Part shown: piece by piece, positions 13,652 through 27,400 of the stretch
Layout of the letters: each line of letters opens with the position of its first letter
Numbering within the stretch: position 1 is the stretch's first letter
From: Mobula hypostoma
Lineage: Eukaryota
DNA: 64,000 nt
Direction: 5' to 3'
Assembly: GCF_963921235.1 (NCBI RefSeq)
Contig: NC_086101.1
Span: 15,996,001-16,060,000, forward strand
The notes under the pieces: model-generated
What the model saw: only the letters and a program-made list of their open reading frames with translations
Database searches by the model: none
What the model was told of the DNA's origin: nothing
Program-made: the position numbers and the translations under genes

Positions 13652-14390
13652 TGTTACGTACCAGCAGCAATAGATATGAAATTAAGTCGGGATTTTAGAG
13701 ATAAACAACGAAATTTATTAACCTCTGCTCAAAGACATAGAAAAGTAAACAAACAACTCACTTAAACGGAAGTTAACAGTGTTATGCGTCTATAGGTATC
13801 AAACAGTCGAACTTAGAGACAATTCTTAACAGATCTTACTCAAGTGCAGTCTTAAAGTGGTAGTCTAAGGGTCCAAGCGATTCATGAAATAAGTGAGAGG
13901 AGAGACTTCACGAAGCAGCAATGAGTCGATTCTCGTAGAAACAAAGAAAACGTTGAAACCGATCCCAGCTGAGAAGTACAGTCTACGAAGAGTAAGTTTT
14001 CTCAAAATAACTGACCATTCGCCAAAGTGGTCACCACACAACACCAAAACCATGTAAGGGTTAACAAAAGGCCGTGCCACGTATGGATTATACCCAGTGT
14101 CAGTCACACCCGAAATGCACCAAATGCCGCCTGATTAACCCCAATCTTTTGGGTTCGTTCGTCGCCTGCAATCTTCACTCTCTCTCTCCTTCTACAATTT
14201 CGTAACCACCGACTGCGACTCCCAACAATCAGCGGTCCCCCTTTTCAGACCGTTGGGATATGCCATCATGTGACGCTCACAAGTAACAAAGTCATGGGAT
14301 GCCCACGAGAATCACGACAGACTCACGGGAATCGATACTCATGGGAATCACGAGAACACTCACAGGAATCGATACTGTGGATAGGTAACA
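13652..14390 (-). repeat. 5' LTR of the gypsy element, followed by a degenerate tRNA-Pro-type PBS (~13631-13645)
   Basis: TGTTAC...GTAACA termini; an alternative end is possible at 14288. The adjacent minus-strand ttgggtctcatccag resembles TGGGGGCTCGTCCGG. Confidence 0.6.
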
Positions 14391-15050
14391 TCTGTGATTA
14401 AGGGAGGTACAGTTCCCATACCAGGCAGTGAAGCAGCCAGTCAGGATGCTCTCATTTGTGCCCCTGTAGAAAGCTCTTAGGATTTGGAAGCCCATACCAA
14501 ACTTCTTCAACCATTTGAGGTGATAGAGGGGCTGTTGTGCCTTTTTCACCACATAGCCAGTATGTACAGACCATGTGAGATCCTTGGTGATGTTTATGCC
14601 GAGGAATTTAAAGCTGTTCACCCTCTCAACCCCAGATCCATTGATGTCAATAGGGCTTAGCCTGTCTCCATTCCTCCTGTAGTCCACAACCAGCTCCTTT
14701 GTTTTGCGACATTGAGAGAGAGGTTGTTTTCTTTACATCACTGTGTCAGCGCGATGACTTCTTGTCTGTAGATTGCTTAGTTATTATGTGAGATAAGGCC
14801 AATTAATATAGTATCTTCTGCAAACTTAATTGGCAGGTTGGAGCTGTGGGTAGTGACACAGTCATGAGCATTCAGAGAATAAGGAGGTGGCTTAGTACAC
14901 TGGTGTGAATGGCACCTGTTTTGAGGGTCAAAAGGGCAGAGGTGAGGGATCCAGCTACACAAGGAAGCATGAAGTCTGAGGTCTCGGAGTTCCTTGTCAA
15001 GCCTGGAGAAATTATGGTGTTGGATGCTAAATTGTAGTCCAAGAACAGTA
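14391..15050 (-). mobile_element. Rex1/Babar-like LINE RT fragment
   Basis: ORF 14292..14687 reads VERVNSFKFLG...KKAQQ; homologous to 44400-44900. Confidence 0.75.
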
Positions 15051-15264
15051 TTTTGTTTAGGCTACAGTAACTTATTTACTTATATTTTCATGTATTACAT
15101 TGAACTACTACTGTTAAGATATCAAATTTCATGACACATGCCAGTGATAATAAACCTGATTCTTATTCAAACACATAGCTCCCAAAAGGAATTTACAGGC
15201 TGCCGATTTCAGTGATTGTTGTCCAAAAATGTATATTTAATAGATTAGTTTTGTTTACAAGCAA

Positions 15265-15900
15265 AAATCTGCAGATGATGGAAATCCAAAGCAAAGCACA
15301 AAAAAGCTACAGGAACTCAGCAAGTGAGGCAGTATCTATGGAAATTAGTAAACTGTTGACGTTTCGGGCTGAACCCCTTCTTCAGGAGCGGGATAGAAGG
15401 GGGAAGACACCGGAATAAAAAGGTGGGGGTAAGGGAAGGAAGCTAGCTAGCTCAAAGGTGATAGGTGAAGGCAGGTGAGCTGGACAGATAAAGGGCTGGA
15501 GGAGAAGGAATCTGATAATGAGAGGAGGGTGGACCATAGGCGAAAAGGAAGAAGGGGGAGAAATAGGTACTCATGCCATTTGGCATGGAGGCTACCCAAA
15601 CAGAATATAAGGTTTTTCCACTCCACCCAGAGGGTGGCGTCATCTAGGCACAAGAGTCCATGGACCAACATGTAGGAACAGGACTGGGTGTGGAATTAAA
15701 ATATTTGGGCACCGGGAAGTTCCGCTTTTGGTGGATGGAGTGGAGGTGCTCAAAGAACTGGCACCTCCTCCCCCAATTTATGACGGGTCTCACTATTGTA
15801 GAGAAGGCCACAGCAGAAGAAGTGGACACAATAGACAAACCCAACAGATTTGCAGGTGAAGCCTTCCTCACTTGGAAAAATAGTGTAGGGAGATGAAGGA
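15265..15900 (+). mobile_element. Penelope-like fragment
   Basis: Same head (gcagatgctggaaatc...ggaactcagcag) and GIY-YIG tail complement as the 5264-5860 arm. Confidence 0.7.
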
Positions 15901-16014
15901 AGAGGCGAATAGGCAGGTGTAGCACTTTAGGTGCTAACAAGGATAAGTGCCGGGAAGGAGATTAGTGGTGAGGGGTGAATGAACAAGGGAATTGCAGATG
16001 GAGTGATCCCTGTA

Positions 16015-16160
16015 AAGATATGTTCAGTGATAGGATTCTGAAGATGGCTGATCTGCTTAGAGGTAGGGTCCCGTTGGAGATGGCGGATATGTTCAGTGCT
16101 GGGATCTCATTGAAGATGGTGGATATGTATAGTGGTAGGATTCTGATGAAGTTGGTGGAA
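16015..16160. repeat. Degenerate 36-bp tandem repeat, about 4 units
   Basis: gatgg(c/t)(g/t)gat recurs with a 36-bp period. Confidence 0.55.
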
Positions 16161-16244
16161 GTTAGTTTTGTTCGCTGCTCAAAAAATGTCGCCTTGTCTC
16201 AACAGTAACATCTTGGAACCTGGGTCGGCCAGACAGGCAGAGTA

Positions 16245-17506
16245 GGAAATAGAAAAGTGGCTTTATTAAAGAAAACACTGCAGGCGCTCATCCGATTAGC
16301 ACAACATGGTGATTTAGATTCAATGAGTCATAGAGGACCACAGGTTCTAGTAGGTTCTAGGATCCAGATGGAAAGAATCGACTATTAATGTTTCTGGTCA
16401 AGACTATTCACAAGAACTGAAAGGTAGAAGGGAGCGAGGACGTGGTTACTATATCCCTCCTATCTTTCAGTCTCTGACAACATTCCCACTCTCTGCCCCA
16501 CTCCCCGTTTTTGGGGAATAGTTAACCTGTCAGTCGAAAACCGCTTCCATCGTGCTGGTCATCGAATGGCCCGTTTGAGGTATGAAGCAGCTGTTTTCCA
16601 TTGGTTGTCTTGTGTTCCATGGCACCGGTGTCCCGTGTCAGTCACCCGTATAAGAATAGATCATGTGGGAGGCTTGGTAGCTTTGCCTTTGTCTCCAGGG
16701 ACTCTTCACATTGACGTTGCAACCTGTGCTAAAGAACCATTGGGAAAGTTTGCTCCAGATTTAAAAGGCCCCTGTGCACAAGGTTTGTGTTTGTTGAATA
16801 TTTAGTTTTGTCGTTTGTATAACTTGGGGACTTAGATGTTTGGTCGAATCTTTTACTGTTGGTAAATAAATCATTAATATGCTTATTTGTAGTCAGTGTC
16901 TTCTGCCTGACTCACCAAACCCATGAACCCGCTTCCACTTTAGACCCCCATCTGCCGATCACCCCCCTCACCTGCCAGCACATGCTCCATCTTTATACAT
17001 TTGGCTATCTCCCCTCTAGTTTCCAATGCAGAGGAAGGGTCTAAACCAGAGACTTTGACTCTCCATTTCCCTCCACAGATATTTCCCGACACACTGAGTT
17101 CCTCCAGCATTGTGTGTACTGCTCCGGATTCCAGCATCGGCCCGAGTATGTGTCTCTGGGATGGCTATAGAGAGTATGATTCCTCTATAGGTTTATTATG
17201 CCAGCAATCCCACACTTGACTAGAGAGCTTGGTTAATCTGATGCTCTGTTAATTCGGAGAGAGTAACTGAGGTGGAAGCTGATGTAAGCACAGAGACAGA
17301 AACTCGAGCCATTAACAGATTTCTTTCCTCGAAGACGGGGAGCAGTTGTGAACAATCTGATGCCATCCGGGGTTCAAGGTTCAATCAAAGGAACGGAAAC
17401 TGGAATCTTTATCATATTCATGACCGAACTGCTGAGAGCACGGTTGAGGACCTGCTTCTCTCCCAATCTTCCTCATGACCTGTTGGTTCATGGACCCATC
17501 TTCCTA
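16245..17506 (-). other. Putative non-coding terminal (3' UTR) exon of the receptor gene
   Basis: Acceptor ctctgtgttttcAG at 17507-17509 and AATAAA on the minus strand at 17192-17197 and 16262-16267. The 3' end is a guess. Confidence 0.45.
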
Positions 17507-18397
17507 CTGAAAACACAGAGGAGCCAATTTAATTCTGTTAAGTTGAGTGGCCCGACCGTTGGGAGGATAAAAACAACTCCTCTGTAGTGGCAAGCTACAG
17601 GAGGAGGATATTCGGCCTATCTAGGCTGTACTGGCTCTTACTAAAGCAATCCAGCTTATTCCATTGCTCCACTCTCAGCCCATCGACCTTCAGACACTCT
17701 TCCAGCTCCCTTCTGCTCACTGTGGTGGAATCTAACCCCAGGTTCCAATAATTCACTGAGTGAAAAAAGTCCCTCTTGTCTCATGAGGTCAGAGAAAAAG
17801 TTCTGTGGCCCATCGTGTCCGTGCCAATGATCAATCTGATCCTACTCTCACACATTTTACCCTCTTTGCATGCCTGTCAGCTCCTCCCCCACCCGACTCA
17901 GCCACTCATCTACACAATTGGATAACTTACAATGGCCGATTATCCTACTGACACAGCCCGCACATGCTGGGGTCTGGGAGGCACAGATCATTGTCCTTAT
18001 CAATAAGGTGAGCAGTTTCTGAATCACTTGTGTCAAGTGGCCTCTGATGTACACTCTCCCAGTCGAGAGCAGTTTTAGTTCCCACAGATGTGTGAACACT
18101 GATGGTCTGGGATTTCTAGTTAATCTAGACTCAAGGGAATACACCGTCATCTACTCAGTCTCCCCTCTCAGATCTCCAGTTCAGGGACTTATTGGAAATA
18201 ATCCAGCCACATGGACAGGAAATGAAAAATGTTCTGACGGATTTTAACCCAATCACCACTTCATTTCATTTCTGAAGCTAAGGGCTAAACACAGCTCAAT
18301 TTAACATTTCTCGGCTACATTTTCGAATCTCTCCGGGATCTCCCCACTTGCCCTGACCTCAGCAAATGCTTGGTTTCTTACCTGGTTTGTGTTCTCT

Positions 18398-18411
18398 TCA
18401 GCTACGTTTTG
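18398..18411 (-). CDS. Exon 15, coding part (A)KRS-stop; the exon itself spans 18382-18411
   Basis: Acceptor ttctttctctacttcacAG, TGA at 18400-18398, donor CAG|GTAAGA at 18382/18381. Confidence 0.7.
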
Positions 18412-21400
18412 CTGTGAAGTAGAGAAAGAAGCAAATGAGGCATCTAAAGCATCAGTAAACTTTACTGACAGATGTCAGATTAGGACACCTGCTCGATCAT
18501 TTAAGATAATTGATGATGATCTGCTAACTTGGTGCCATTTTCTGGAACCAGCACTATATCCTTTGATGTTTTACCCCCGCTGCTCATTTATTCCAGTCAC
18601 CTTTTACCCTATTCATGTTTTAAACCTCAGTCCCCATTTTACCCCATTGTTTTAATCCCCAGTCCCCAATTAACCCCATCCTGTTTAATCTTCAATCCCC
18701 ATTAAGCTCCATTCCTGTTCAATCATCAGACCCCACTTTATCCCATTGTTTTAATCCCCAGTCCCCATTTAAGCCTATCTTGTTTAATCCTCAGTCACCA
18801 TTTCGCCCCATTCCTGTTTAATCCTCAATCCCTATTTAGCCCCATTTCTGTTTAACCCCCTCAGTCTCCATTTTGCCCCATTCCTGCTTAACCCCCTCAG
18901 TCCCCATTTAGCACCATTCCAATTTAACCTCAAGTCTCCATTTAGCCCCATATCTGTTTAATCTCCTCAGTTCCCATTTATCCCCATTCTTGTTCAATCC
19001 CCTCAATCCCTACTTAGCCTGCTTCCTGTCACCATTTTAACATCTCTGCCTATTTTACCCAGATCCCATAGAACCCGTATTCTCATTTTACACCTCAATC
19101 TCCACTCTAATGACTGTATCCATTTTAACCACTCCATCCTCATTTTAACCCCACTGATATAGTTACCCCATCCCCATGTTATTTCAGTCCCCATTTTAAA
19201 GTTGCCATTTTAACCCCACTGACTAGTTTACCCCGTTCCTATTTAACCCCACGATTTTACCCCAGTCCCTATTTAAACCCCATTGATTATTTTACCCCAT
19301 TCCCCATTTATCCCCAGTATTTTACCCCAGTCCCCATTTTAATCCCACTATTTACCCCAGTTCCCCTGAACCCCATTCACATTTTACCTCTGAGTCTCCA
19401 TTTTAATGACTGTATCCATTTTAACCCCTCAGTCTCCACTTTAACCCCACTGACTATTTAACCTAGTCCCCATTTTAACATCAATATTTTACCCCAGTCC
19501 CTATTTTAACCCCACTATTTTACCGCAGTTCCCATGCAGCCCCAGAATCCTCTTTGCCCCAGTCTCTCCACCATGCTTTGCTACCCTTGATACTCACCTA
19601 TCACGTTCAGCTCGTCGTAGCCGTCGTCCTGCCTGCCAAAGGAAGTAGGGGAGGATGGGGTTAATGAGACCCAGACTCTGTGCTGGTGGCACTTTACGTT
19701 TCTGTGGTGATAGTGTCAAATTTTTATTTTACGAAATTCAGCATTTACCTCTTGTAGTGTGTGCATTGGGGCAGCCCCACAGTATCTCCCTACTCCCACC
19801 ATTACATTCTGCACCCGGTGCACAGTGACACTGGTTGCACTGGGGCCAGACCTTTGGTGCATTTTGTAACAGGCATCCATGCAGTGCCCTCTCCCCCAGT
19901 ACTGTGTTTCTGACCCAATGTTCTGCAGGAAAAGAAGCAAAACTACTCAACTCATTCAAGAGGCGAGTAAAGTCATGAAAAAAAAATGTGTATGCGTTGC
20001 TTGAGAATAATGTCAGTACGATAAACACAGGAGATTCTGCAGATGCTATAAATCCAACGCAACACAGACAAATACCACTCAGCTTCCCTCTCACCTGGTC
20101 TCACCTATCACCTGCCAGCTTGTATTCCTTACCCCCACCATCATTCCCTTCTCATTCCTGCTTCTCTCCTTCTCCCCCCACCACCCCCACTTCCTTTTCA
20201 GTCACGATGAAAGGTCTCAACCAGAAACAGAGTGTTTGTTCCTCTCCATAGATGCTGCCTGACCTGCTGAGTTCCTCCAGCATTTTGTGTGTAACTCTGT
20301 TTACGTGATGCTATGCGATGCTGCTGCAATTAGGTGTTTCATTGCATCCATGCATATGACAATAAGCTCCAGTGTGACTTTTACTCACAGAATTCAACCA
20401 TGTCTAATATGACCATTTGGTGTTCTTTTTGGTTATATATTAATGCATTTTATCATTATTTTAATAGTTTGATTATTTCATTAATATTGAAATTGAATAA
20501 TTATAATAAACATTGAATATTAGAGAAAATGTAGCCGGCTGGTGGCGTAGTGGCATCAGCGCTGGACTTCGGAGCGAAGGTTCCCGAGTTCGAACCCAGT
20601 CGGCTCCTCAGGCAGCTTTCCACCCGTGCTGGGTTGAGCGTCGAGCTAGCAACTCGACCTTGTAAAAAGGAAATTGCCTGCTACAGAAACGTCAACAGCA
20701 AAAAAGTTTGATGTCCTATGTTCTCTTGTGAGTTTAAAGGCAATTTCTTCCTCTTTCTAGAGGAAATGCATTTAAGGTCAGAGGGAGAAATTTCAGAGGA
20801 GATTGTGGAGTAAGTGCTTTTTTAAAAAACACACAGAGTGGTAGCTGCCTGGAATGGTGCAAATTGATATAGAAGTACATTTGAGAGGCTGTTAGATCAC
20901 ACAGGCAGACAGACAGAAAGATACACTCACAGAGTTACTCATACAGGACACACACACACACATCACACAGTTTAAGGTGCTGAAGATTTCTGTGTCTCCT
21001 GCCCTTTCACAAAGGAGTTCTGGACTCCCGCTCCACTCTTGTGAAAATGTTGTTCCCAATCTTCTCTCCAATCCTTCCACCTCTGATTTGGTGCCAGAGT
21101 TAAAGGTGATCTTTACCTGACACGTGCATATCGAACCCTGTACAGTGAAATGAGTAGTTTGCGTCCTCGAACAACATAGTCCGAGGATTATGCTGTGCTG
21201 AAGGGCCTGTTTCTGTGCTGTGATTCTGCACGCTCAGTCACTCTATGTATCCAGCCACTCATAAGTAACCCACTTCAAATCGTGTATCCAGCCACTCATA
21301 AGTAACTCACTCCAAATCGCCATCTTCCACCGATGTCTTGGCAGGAGTTCGGTTTTTGGAGTAACTTGGATATATCACTGCATACTGGATGTTCTCTACA

Positions 21401-24400
21401 GTGGGTACCTTGTGGAGAAAAGGATTAGATTAGAATGATCTTATTACAATCGGCATGGAAATCTAAGCTTTTCACTGTAGGCACGGCAATACAGTGAAGG
21501 ATTAGATTAGACCAGGTCCATGTCTGCCCTGATGCTCTCCGAAGAGCCAGATCCAGAGCCAAGAGATATGACAACCAATCATATCCCACATGATTGTAGC
21601 CGAAACATCTCGTAAAATCTTGCCAGGCTGGCCGATCAACCAAACTTCCAAATATCCCATCCTTCCCAGAGCTGTCTGCCATCCACCCTTGCCTCTAAAT
21701 TCCACCCTCTCTGTCATCTGCAGAACCTGTTATCCAGCAGCCCCTACCAGTTACCACCGTCACACGCTCATCTCTTTGTACAGGCCATCTCCACTTCCAA
21801 GCCCTGGTGCAGGGTTCAGGGTTTTGAATGGAAATGTCCCACACCACCACTCCCCGCCACAGAGGCTGCTCAACCCGATGACTCCTCCAGCAGATTTTTT
21901 GACACTCCAGATTCTAGCATTTGCCTTCTCTTGCGTCTCCAGCTAGTTATTTACAGATGGTTCACTGCAACGAAATCTTAAGGATTATTCATTACGGACT
22001 GTACCTTTAAAAAGAGAGTGAGTGTGCCGCTGGTTCAGAGAGAGAGGCACCGAGCATCTCGTGAGTCGCCATTGTGATAGAAGGGCGGAGCTATATTCTG
22101 GACAGCTGGTGTTCAGCATGTTTGGATATATATACAAGGTCAGCTGGCTTTCTGGTAGACACACAGAAGAAACTGACACCAGATGAGCTTTGAGTGCCCC
22201 AAAACGGGTGGGTTTTGTGGATCGATCAGGAGAATCGACTAGTGGCTCTCGCAGTGCGGGAAAAGGGGTGACCGGTGGAAAGCTATCAGTGTGTTTAACC
22301 CTTGCCTGGGTTTATAGTTTTACCACGTGAAGACGGTACCTTTAGTGTGGTTACATTCGGTGACCTTAAAGGATTCGGAGGGCTACGGAACGATCGACGG
22401 CATCGACTTACTTGGATAACAAATCAGCTCTTTCTCTCCTCAATTCTACTCAGCTGAATATCACGAACTGAACTGACTTCGTTTACATACCATCGTAAAA
22501 CTGTATCAGTTACCACTTAATTTTGAAGAAGTTTGGGTTTTGTATTTACACACCTATATATGCAAAAACTGCTAACCTGTTTGATTTATCTGGTTTCATG
22601 TTACTTTATTACGTAGTTACTAATAAAATAGTGCTAGTTAACAGCAAAACCAGACTCCAGGTGTGTTCCATTACTGCTGTTTCTTTTAACCCGTTCCGGG
22701 TAATGTAATATCACCCACATCGCGTCACAGAATGAAACTCAGCCCACCAGATCAATACCAGCCTGCAATATTCTCTCTCCAACATTCCTAGACCCAGATT
22801 CCACTGCCCACCTTTGCAACTTACAGCGGACTATCAAGTTATCAAGCTGCTCAATTTCGGAATGTGGGAGGAAAAGTACAGCACATGAGGCTGATTAACA
22901 AGATAAGACCCCATGGTATAACAGGAGAGATACTAACATGGTAGAAGATTGGCTGATTGGCAAGTGGGTTGGAAGGTTTGAATAAAGGGGGCCAATTCTA
23001 CTTGACCATTCAAACTGCCTCGTCCCATTGACCATTATCCAGACCAAAGCCATCCATGCCAGATGCCACTGCTATCCAAGTACCTATCCAAACTTCTCTT
23101 AAGCACTGAAATTGAACTCCCATGCATCACTTGCACTGGCCCCTCGTTCCGCATTCACATGACCCGCTGAGATAAGAAGTCATATTGAAATTTGGTCTCT
23201 GGAACTTTTTTGGCAACGGCTCTCAGTTCCAGCCACAAACTTTCCAGAACATTCTCCCAATCCACAATAAATTACATCAACTTCTACTCTTGGTACAGGG
23301 TGTTGGGTCTCACACACAAAACGCTGGAGGAACTCAGCAGGCCAGGCAGCATCTGGGAAAAGAGTACAGTCGACATTTTGAGTCGAGACCCTTCAGCATA
23401 ACTGGAGAAAAAAAGCTGAGGAGTAGATTTAAAAGGTGGGGGAGTGGAGAGAGAAACGCCAGGTGATGGGTGAAACCTGAACAGGGAGGGATGAAGTAAA
23501 GAGCTGGGAAGTAACTTGGTGAAAGAGACAGAAGGTCATGGAAGGAAGAAAAGGGGGAGGATCACCAGAGGGAGGCAATGGGCAGGCAAAGAGATAAGGT
23601 GAGAAAGGGAAATGGGAATGGGGAATGGTGAGGGAGAGTGGGGGGTGGGGGGGGGCATTACCAGAAGTTCAAGAAATTGATGTTGATGCCATCAGGTTGG
23701 GGGCTACCCAATCAGAATTTAAAGTGCTGTTCCTCCAACCTTTTGGATGTGTTGCTCGGATTTCCAGCATCTGCAGATTTTCTCTTGTCTGAGGGTGTTG
23801 GGTCTGGTCATTTAGAATCGAGGTTCTTTGAAAGGCAAGAATGAGACATAAAAGTAGGTAGCTACAATCGTTTTGTTAAGATGTACAAGAAAAATGAACT
23901 CACAAGGAAAAGACAAAGAAAAAGAAATCGTGATTGCCTCAGATTCAGACTAGAGATAACAACATCCCAGCGACAGCAATGAACCTATAAAATAGACAGG
24001 CTCATGTAGCATGATACCTGCTGCAAAGAAACTTAGAAGCTTTTAGAAAAATACAGAATCAGCTGTACTCAAATTACTAGAAAACTTACTGAACAATTTT
24101 CCCATATAGGTGATTACATAAAAATGTAAGCAAGCATAGGAAAGTAAACCTACAAGGAAAGCACTAGGCGAATATCCAACAAGGAGCAGCCCAGTGGGAA
24201 TGTGGGCAGAACAGGTTGCAGGGGTTCAAGTGGAAGAATTAGGGCGGACAGACATGAACAGGCTGAATGGTCATCAATTTGTCAAGGATATGAGCTACTA
24301 TATATGTACTTACCTCTCCATCGGAGACCAGCGAGTTGTCTGGTCTACTCTGGGTGTTCACATCTGTGAGAGAGAATACGAGAATGTCAGTGAACTTCTA

Positions 24401-27400
24401 CCGCAGATGAAAACAACTGGCAAGAACATGGAGAGTGCGGGCGAGGAGGAGTGAATAGTGTCACAGGACACAATTCTTGTTCCTAATTCCTTTTGCTGTC
24501 TCCTTGTGGGTTACTCCTGTGCAGGGATTGGTTTCTGCATTGGGAATAAATGGTGGATTTCACTGGCTGAAAGTGCCCTCTCGTCTGAAGACAATTCTAA
24601 ACCCTGGTCTGCTTACATTGGTGAGTTGTTCATTATTGCACTGAAGTACAGTCATCATACAAACCATACCATTACGTCAGTGCATCGAGATAGTACAAGG
24701 GAAAAGCAGTAACATAATGCTGAATGTAGTGTTATATTTACAGAGAAAGTGTGGTGCAAGGACATGAGGAGGTGGATTGTGAGGTCAAGACTCCATCTGA
24801 TCGTACAAGCGAACGATTCAATACTCTGATAACAGTGGGGTAGAAGCTGTCCTGAATCCTGGTGGTACGTGCTTTCAGACTTTTGTATCTACTGCCTAAT
24901 GGGATGGGGAATGAGCGACAATGACCAGGGTGGATAGGATCTTTGATTATGCTGGCTGCTTTGCCAAGTCAGCGAGAAATACAGAGTGCATGGAGGTGAG
25001 GCCAGTTTCCATGATGTGCCGAGCTGTGCAATTCGATGTGGTCATGGGCACAGCAGTTGCCCTACCAAGCCGTGATACTGCCTTAGGAAGTAGAGGTGTT
25101 GGTGAACTTTCCTGGCTGTAGCATCAATGTGGACGAACCAGGACAGGCTGTTGGTAATGCTGACAACTAGGACCCATGGGACAGATGGCCTGCTGAGGTG
25201 AGGAGTGACTGGGGTGTCAGGGAGTTCGGAGGATGCACCCTTTTTTGCATCAGCCACACTCAAGGGGATTTACTTACCCATGCCATTGTCCGTTGAGATT
25301 TTGAATGTCTTCAGTCTGTGAGGAGAAAGAGGGGGAAGGAGGTCACTCATTGATAAAGTGAAAAGGGGGGTGGTTGGGGGAATTGTCCTGCTCATGTATT
25401 GCTTCATAAACCTGTGTCGCTGTGGCCAGTACTGGGGCAGGAGGTGCCCCAGACAGGAGTAGCCAAATTACCAAAAGACAATGGGATAATGCATCAGGGC
25501 GAAGAGAGGGACCTGGAGTCAGATATGTACGCAGGCCCAGTGTAATCTTTGTGCAGCAGCCTTGGGTCAGGTGTCTGACAGCCTGACTAACCAAGAAACT
25601 ATCAACCCCTGCTTTAAATATACCCAATGAATTGGCCTCTGCAGCCGTCCATAGCAATGAATTCCATAGACTCATCACCCTCTGGCTGAAGAAATTTCTA
25701 CTCATCTCTGTTCTAAATATACATCCCTCTATTCTGAGGCTGTGCTCTTTGGTCCTAGATTCCACCACTATAGGAGCAATCCTCTCTGCCTAGGCCTTTC
25801 AATATTCATAGAGCTATAAAGAAGTACAGCACAGAAAATAACCCTTCGGCCATGTAGTCCATGCCCAAAACCATTTAAACTGCCTAATCTCATCAACCTG
25901 CACCAGGTCTACAGCCCTCCAGATTCCTACTATTCATGTCCAAACTTCTCTTAAACTTTGAAGTCGATCTCGTGTGGAGCACTTGCATGGGCAGCTCATC
26001 CCACACTCTCATGACCCTCTGAGTGAAGAAGTTTCACCCCCATGTTCCCCTTAAACTTCTCATCTTTCACCCTTAAGCCATGACAAATGGTTACAATCCC
26101 ACCCAACCTCAATGGAAGAAAGCCTGCTTGCTATCATCCTATCAATATCCCTCATAATTCTATAGGTTTCAATGAGATTCCCCTTCTTTGTTCTAAGCTC
26201 CAGGGAGTACAGGTCCAGAGCCATCAAATGTTCCACATACCGTAAGCTTTTCATTCTGGATCATTCTCTTGAAACTCCTCTGGACTCTATCCAGTGCTAA
26301 AGCATCTTTTCTTAGATATGGGGCCCAATACTCCAAGTGCAGTCTGACCAATGCCTTATAAAGCCTTAGCATCACAACCTTGCTTTTATATTCTAATCCT
26401 CTTGAAATGAATGCTAACATTACATTTGCCTTCCTTACCACTGACTCAATCTGATAATCCACCTTTGGGAATCCTGCACAAGTTGCACCTCCAAATTTTG
26501 AATTTTATCTCCATTTAGAAAATAGTCTATGCCTTTATTCCTTCTAGCAAAGTTCATGATCACACACTTCTTTACACTATATTCCACCTGCCACTTTACC
26601 CATTCTGTCAGAGCCCCTGCTTCCTCAACACTACTTCTCTCTCCATCTATCATTGTATCATCTGCAAACTTGGCCACAACCCTATAAATTCTGCTGTTCA
26701 AATTGTTGACATAAAATGTGAAACGAAGCGGTCCTAATACTGACCCCTGAGGAACAGGACTAGACATCAGCAGTCAAATAGGATTGGTCCCCTTTATTCT
26801 AACCTTCCAACACTCCTGGCAATTTTCTATCCATGCTAGTATCTTTCCTGTAATTACGTGGTGTCTTATCTTGTTAATCACCTCCATGTGCGGCACCTTG
26901 TCAAAGGCCTTCTGAAAATCGAAGTAAGCAACATCTACCGACTCTCCTTTATTATTTCCTTAAAGAATTCCAACAAATTTCTCAGGCAATATTTCTCCTT
27001 AAGGAATCAATTCTGAATTTAGCCTACTTTATCATGTACTCTGAAACCTATTATTAATAATGTACTCTAACATCTTCGCAACACTGAAGTCAGGCTAACT
27101 AGCCTATAATTTCCGCCTTCTGCCTCCCTCCTTTCCAGAAGAAATGAACTAGCTTACCTTCATATTTCATCTTTTCTCTCCTTATGGATTTTTAGTTGCC
27201 TTCTGTTGGTTTTTAAAAGCTTCCCAATCCCCTAATATCTCACTGTTTTGCTATATTATATGCCCTCTCTTTTGCCTTTATGCTTTCCTTGACTTTCTTT
27301 GTCAGCCCCGGTTGATTCGCCTTCCCTTTAGAATACTTCTTCATCTTTGGGATGTATCTATCTTGTTCTTCCCACATTGCCCCTAGAAGCTCCAGTCATT

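Larger units (their letters stand above)
8482..14390 (-). mobile_element. Gypsy (Gmr1-like) retrotransposon, 5' part: LTR, gag (SCAN-like domain plus zinc knuckle), protease, integrase; degenerate
   Basis: ORFs 11363..11701 (gag), 10728..10991 (ILWDTGASQSL protease), 8945..9562 (HHCC zinc finger and DCVGP) and 8559..9008 (integrase core). No RT lies between protease and integrase. Confidence 0.88.

Noticed and set aside
15940-19545. CRISPR-like or other prokaryotic repeat arrays
   Set aside because: The repeats are degenerate minisatellites without unique spacers, and the context is a eukaryotic intron or UTR.
20527-20600. tRNA gene
   Set aside because: A and B boxes are present, but the sequence runs into a SINE tail and lacks a clean acceptor stem.
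22825-22846. 22-nt exon candidate with a GTAAGT donor
   Set aside because: Its 0-1 phase breaks the frame between exon 11 (ends phase 0) and exon 12 (starts phase 0), and its acceptor is poor.
24515-24640. Extra tail exon candidates (24617-24640, 24515-24534, 24515-24584 with TIYSQC)
   Set aside because: The 24515 candidates rely on a weak GTAACC donor, and none of the three is phase-compatible between exon 10 and exon 11. The strong-site path closes without them.
25472-25512. 41-nt exon candidate
   Set aside because: Inclusion shifts the frame of exons 10-11, and the acceptor is weak.
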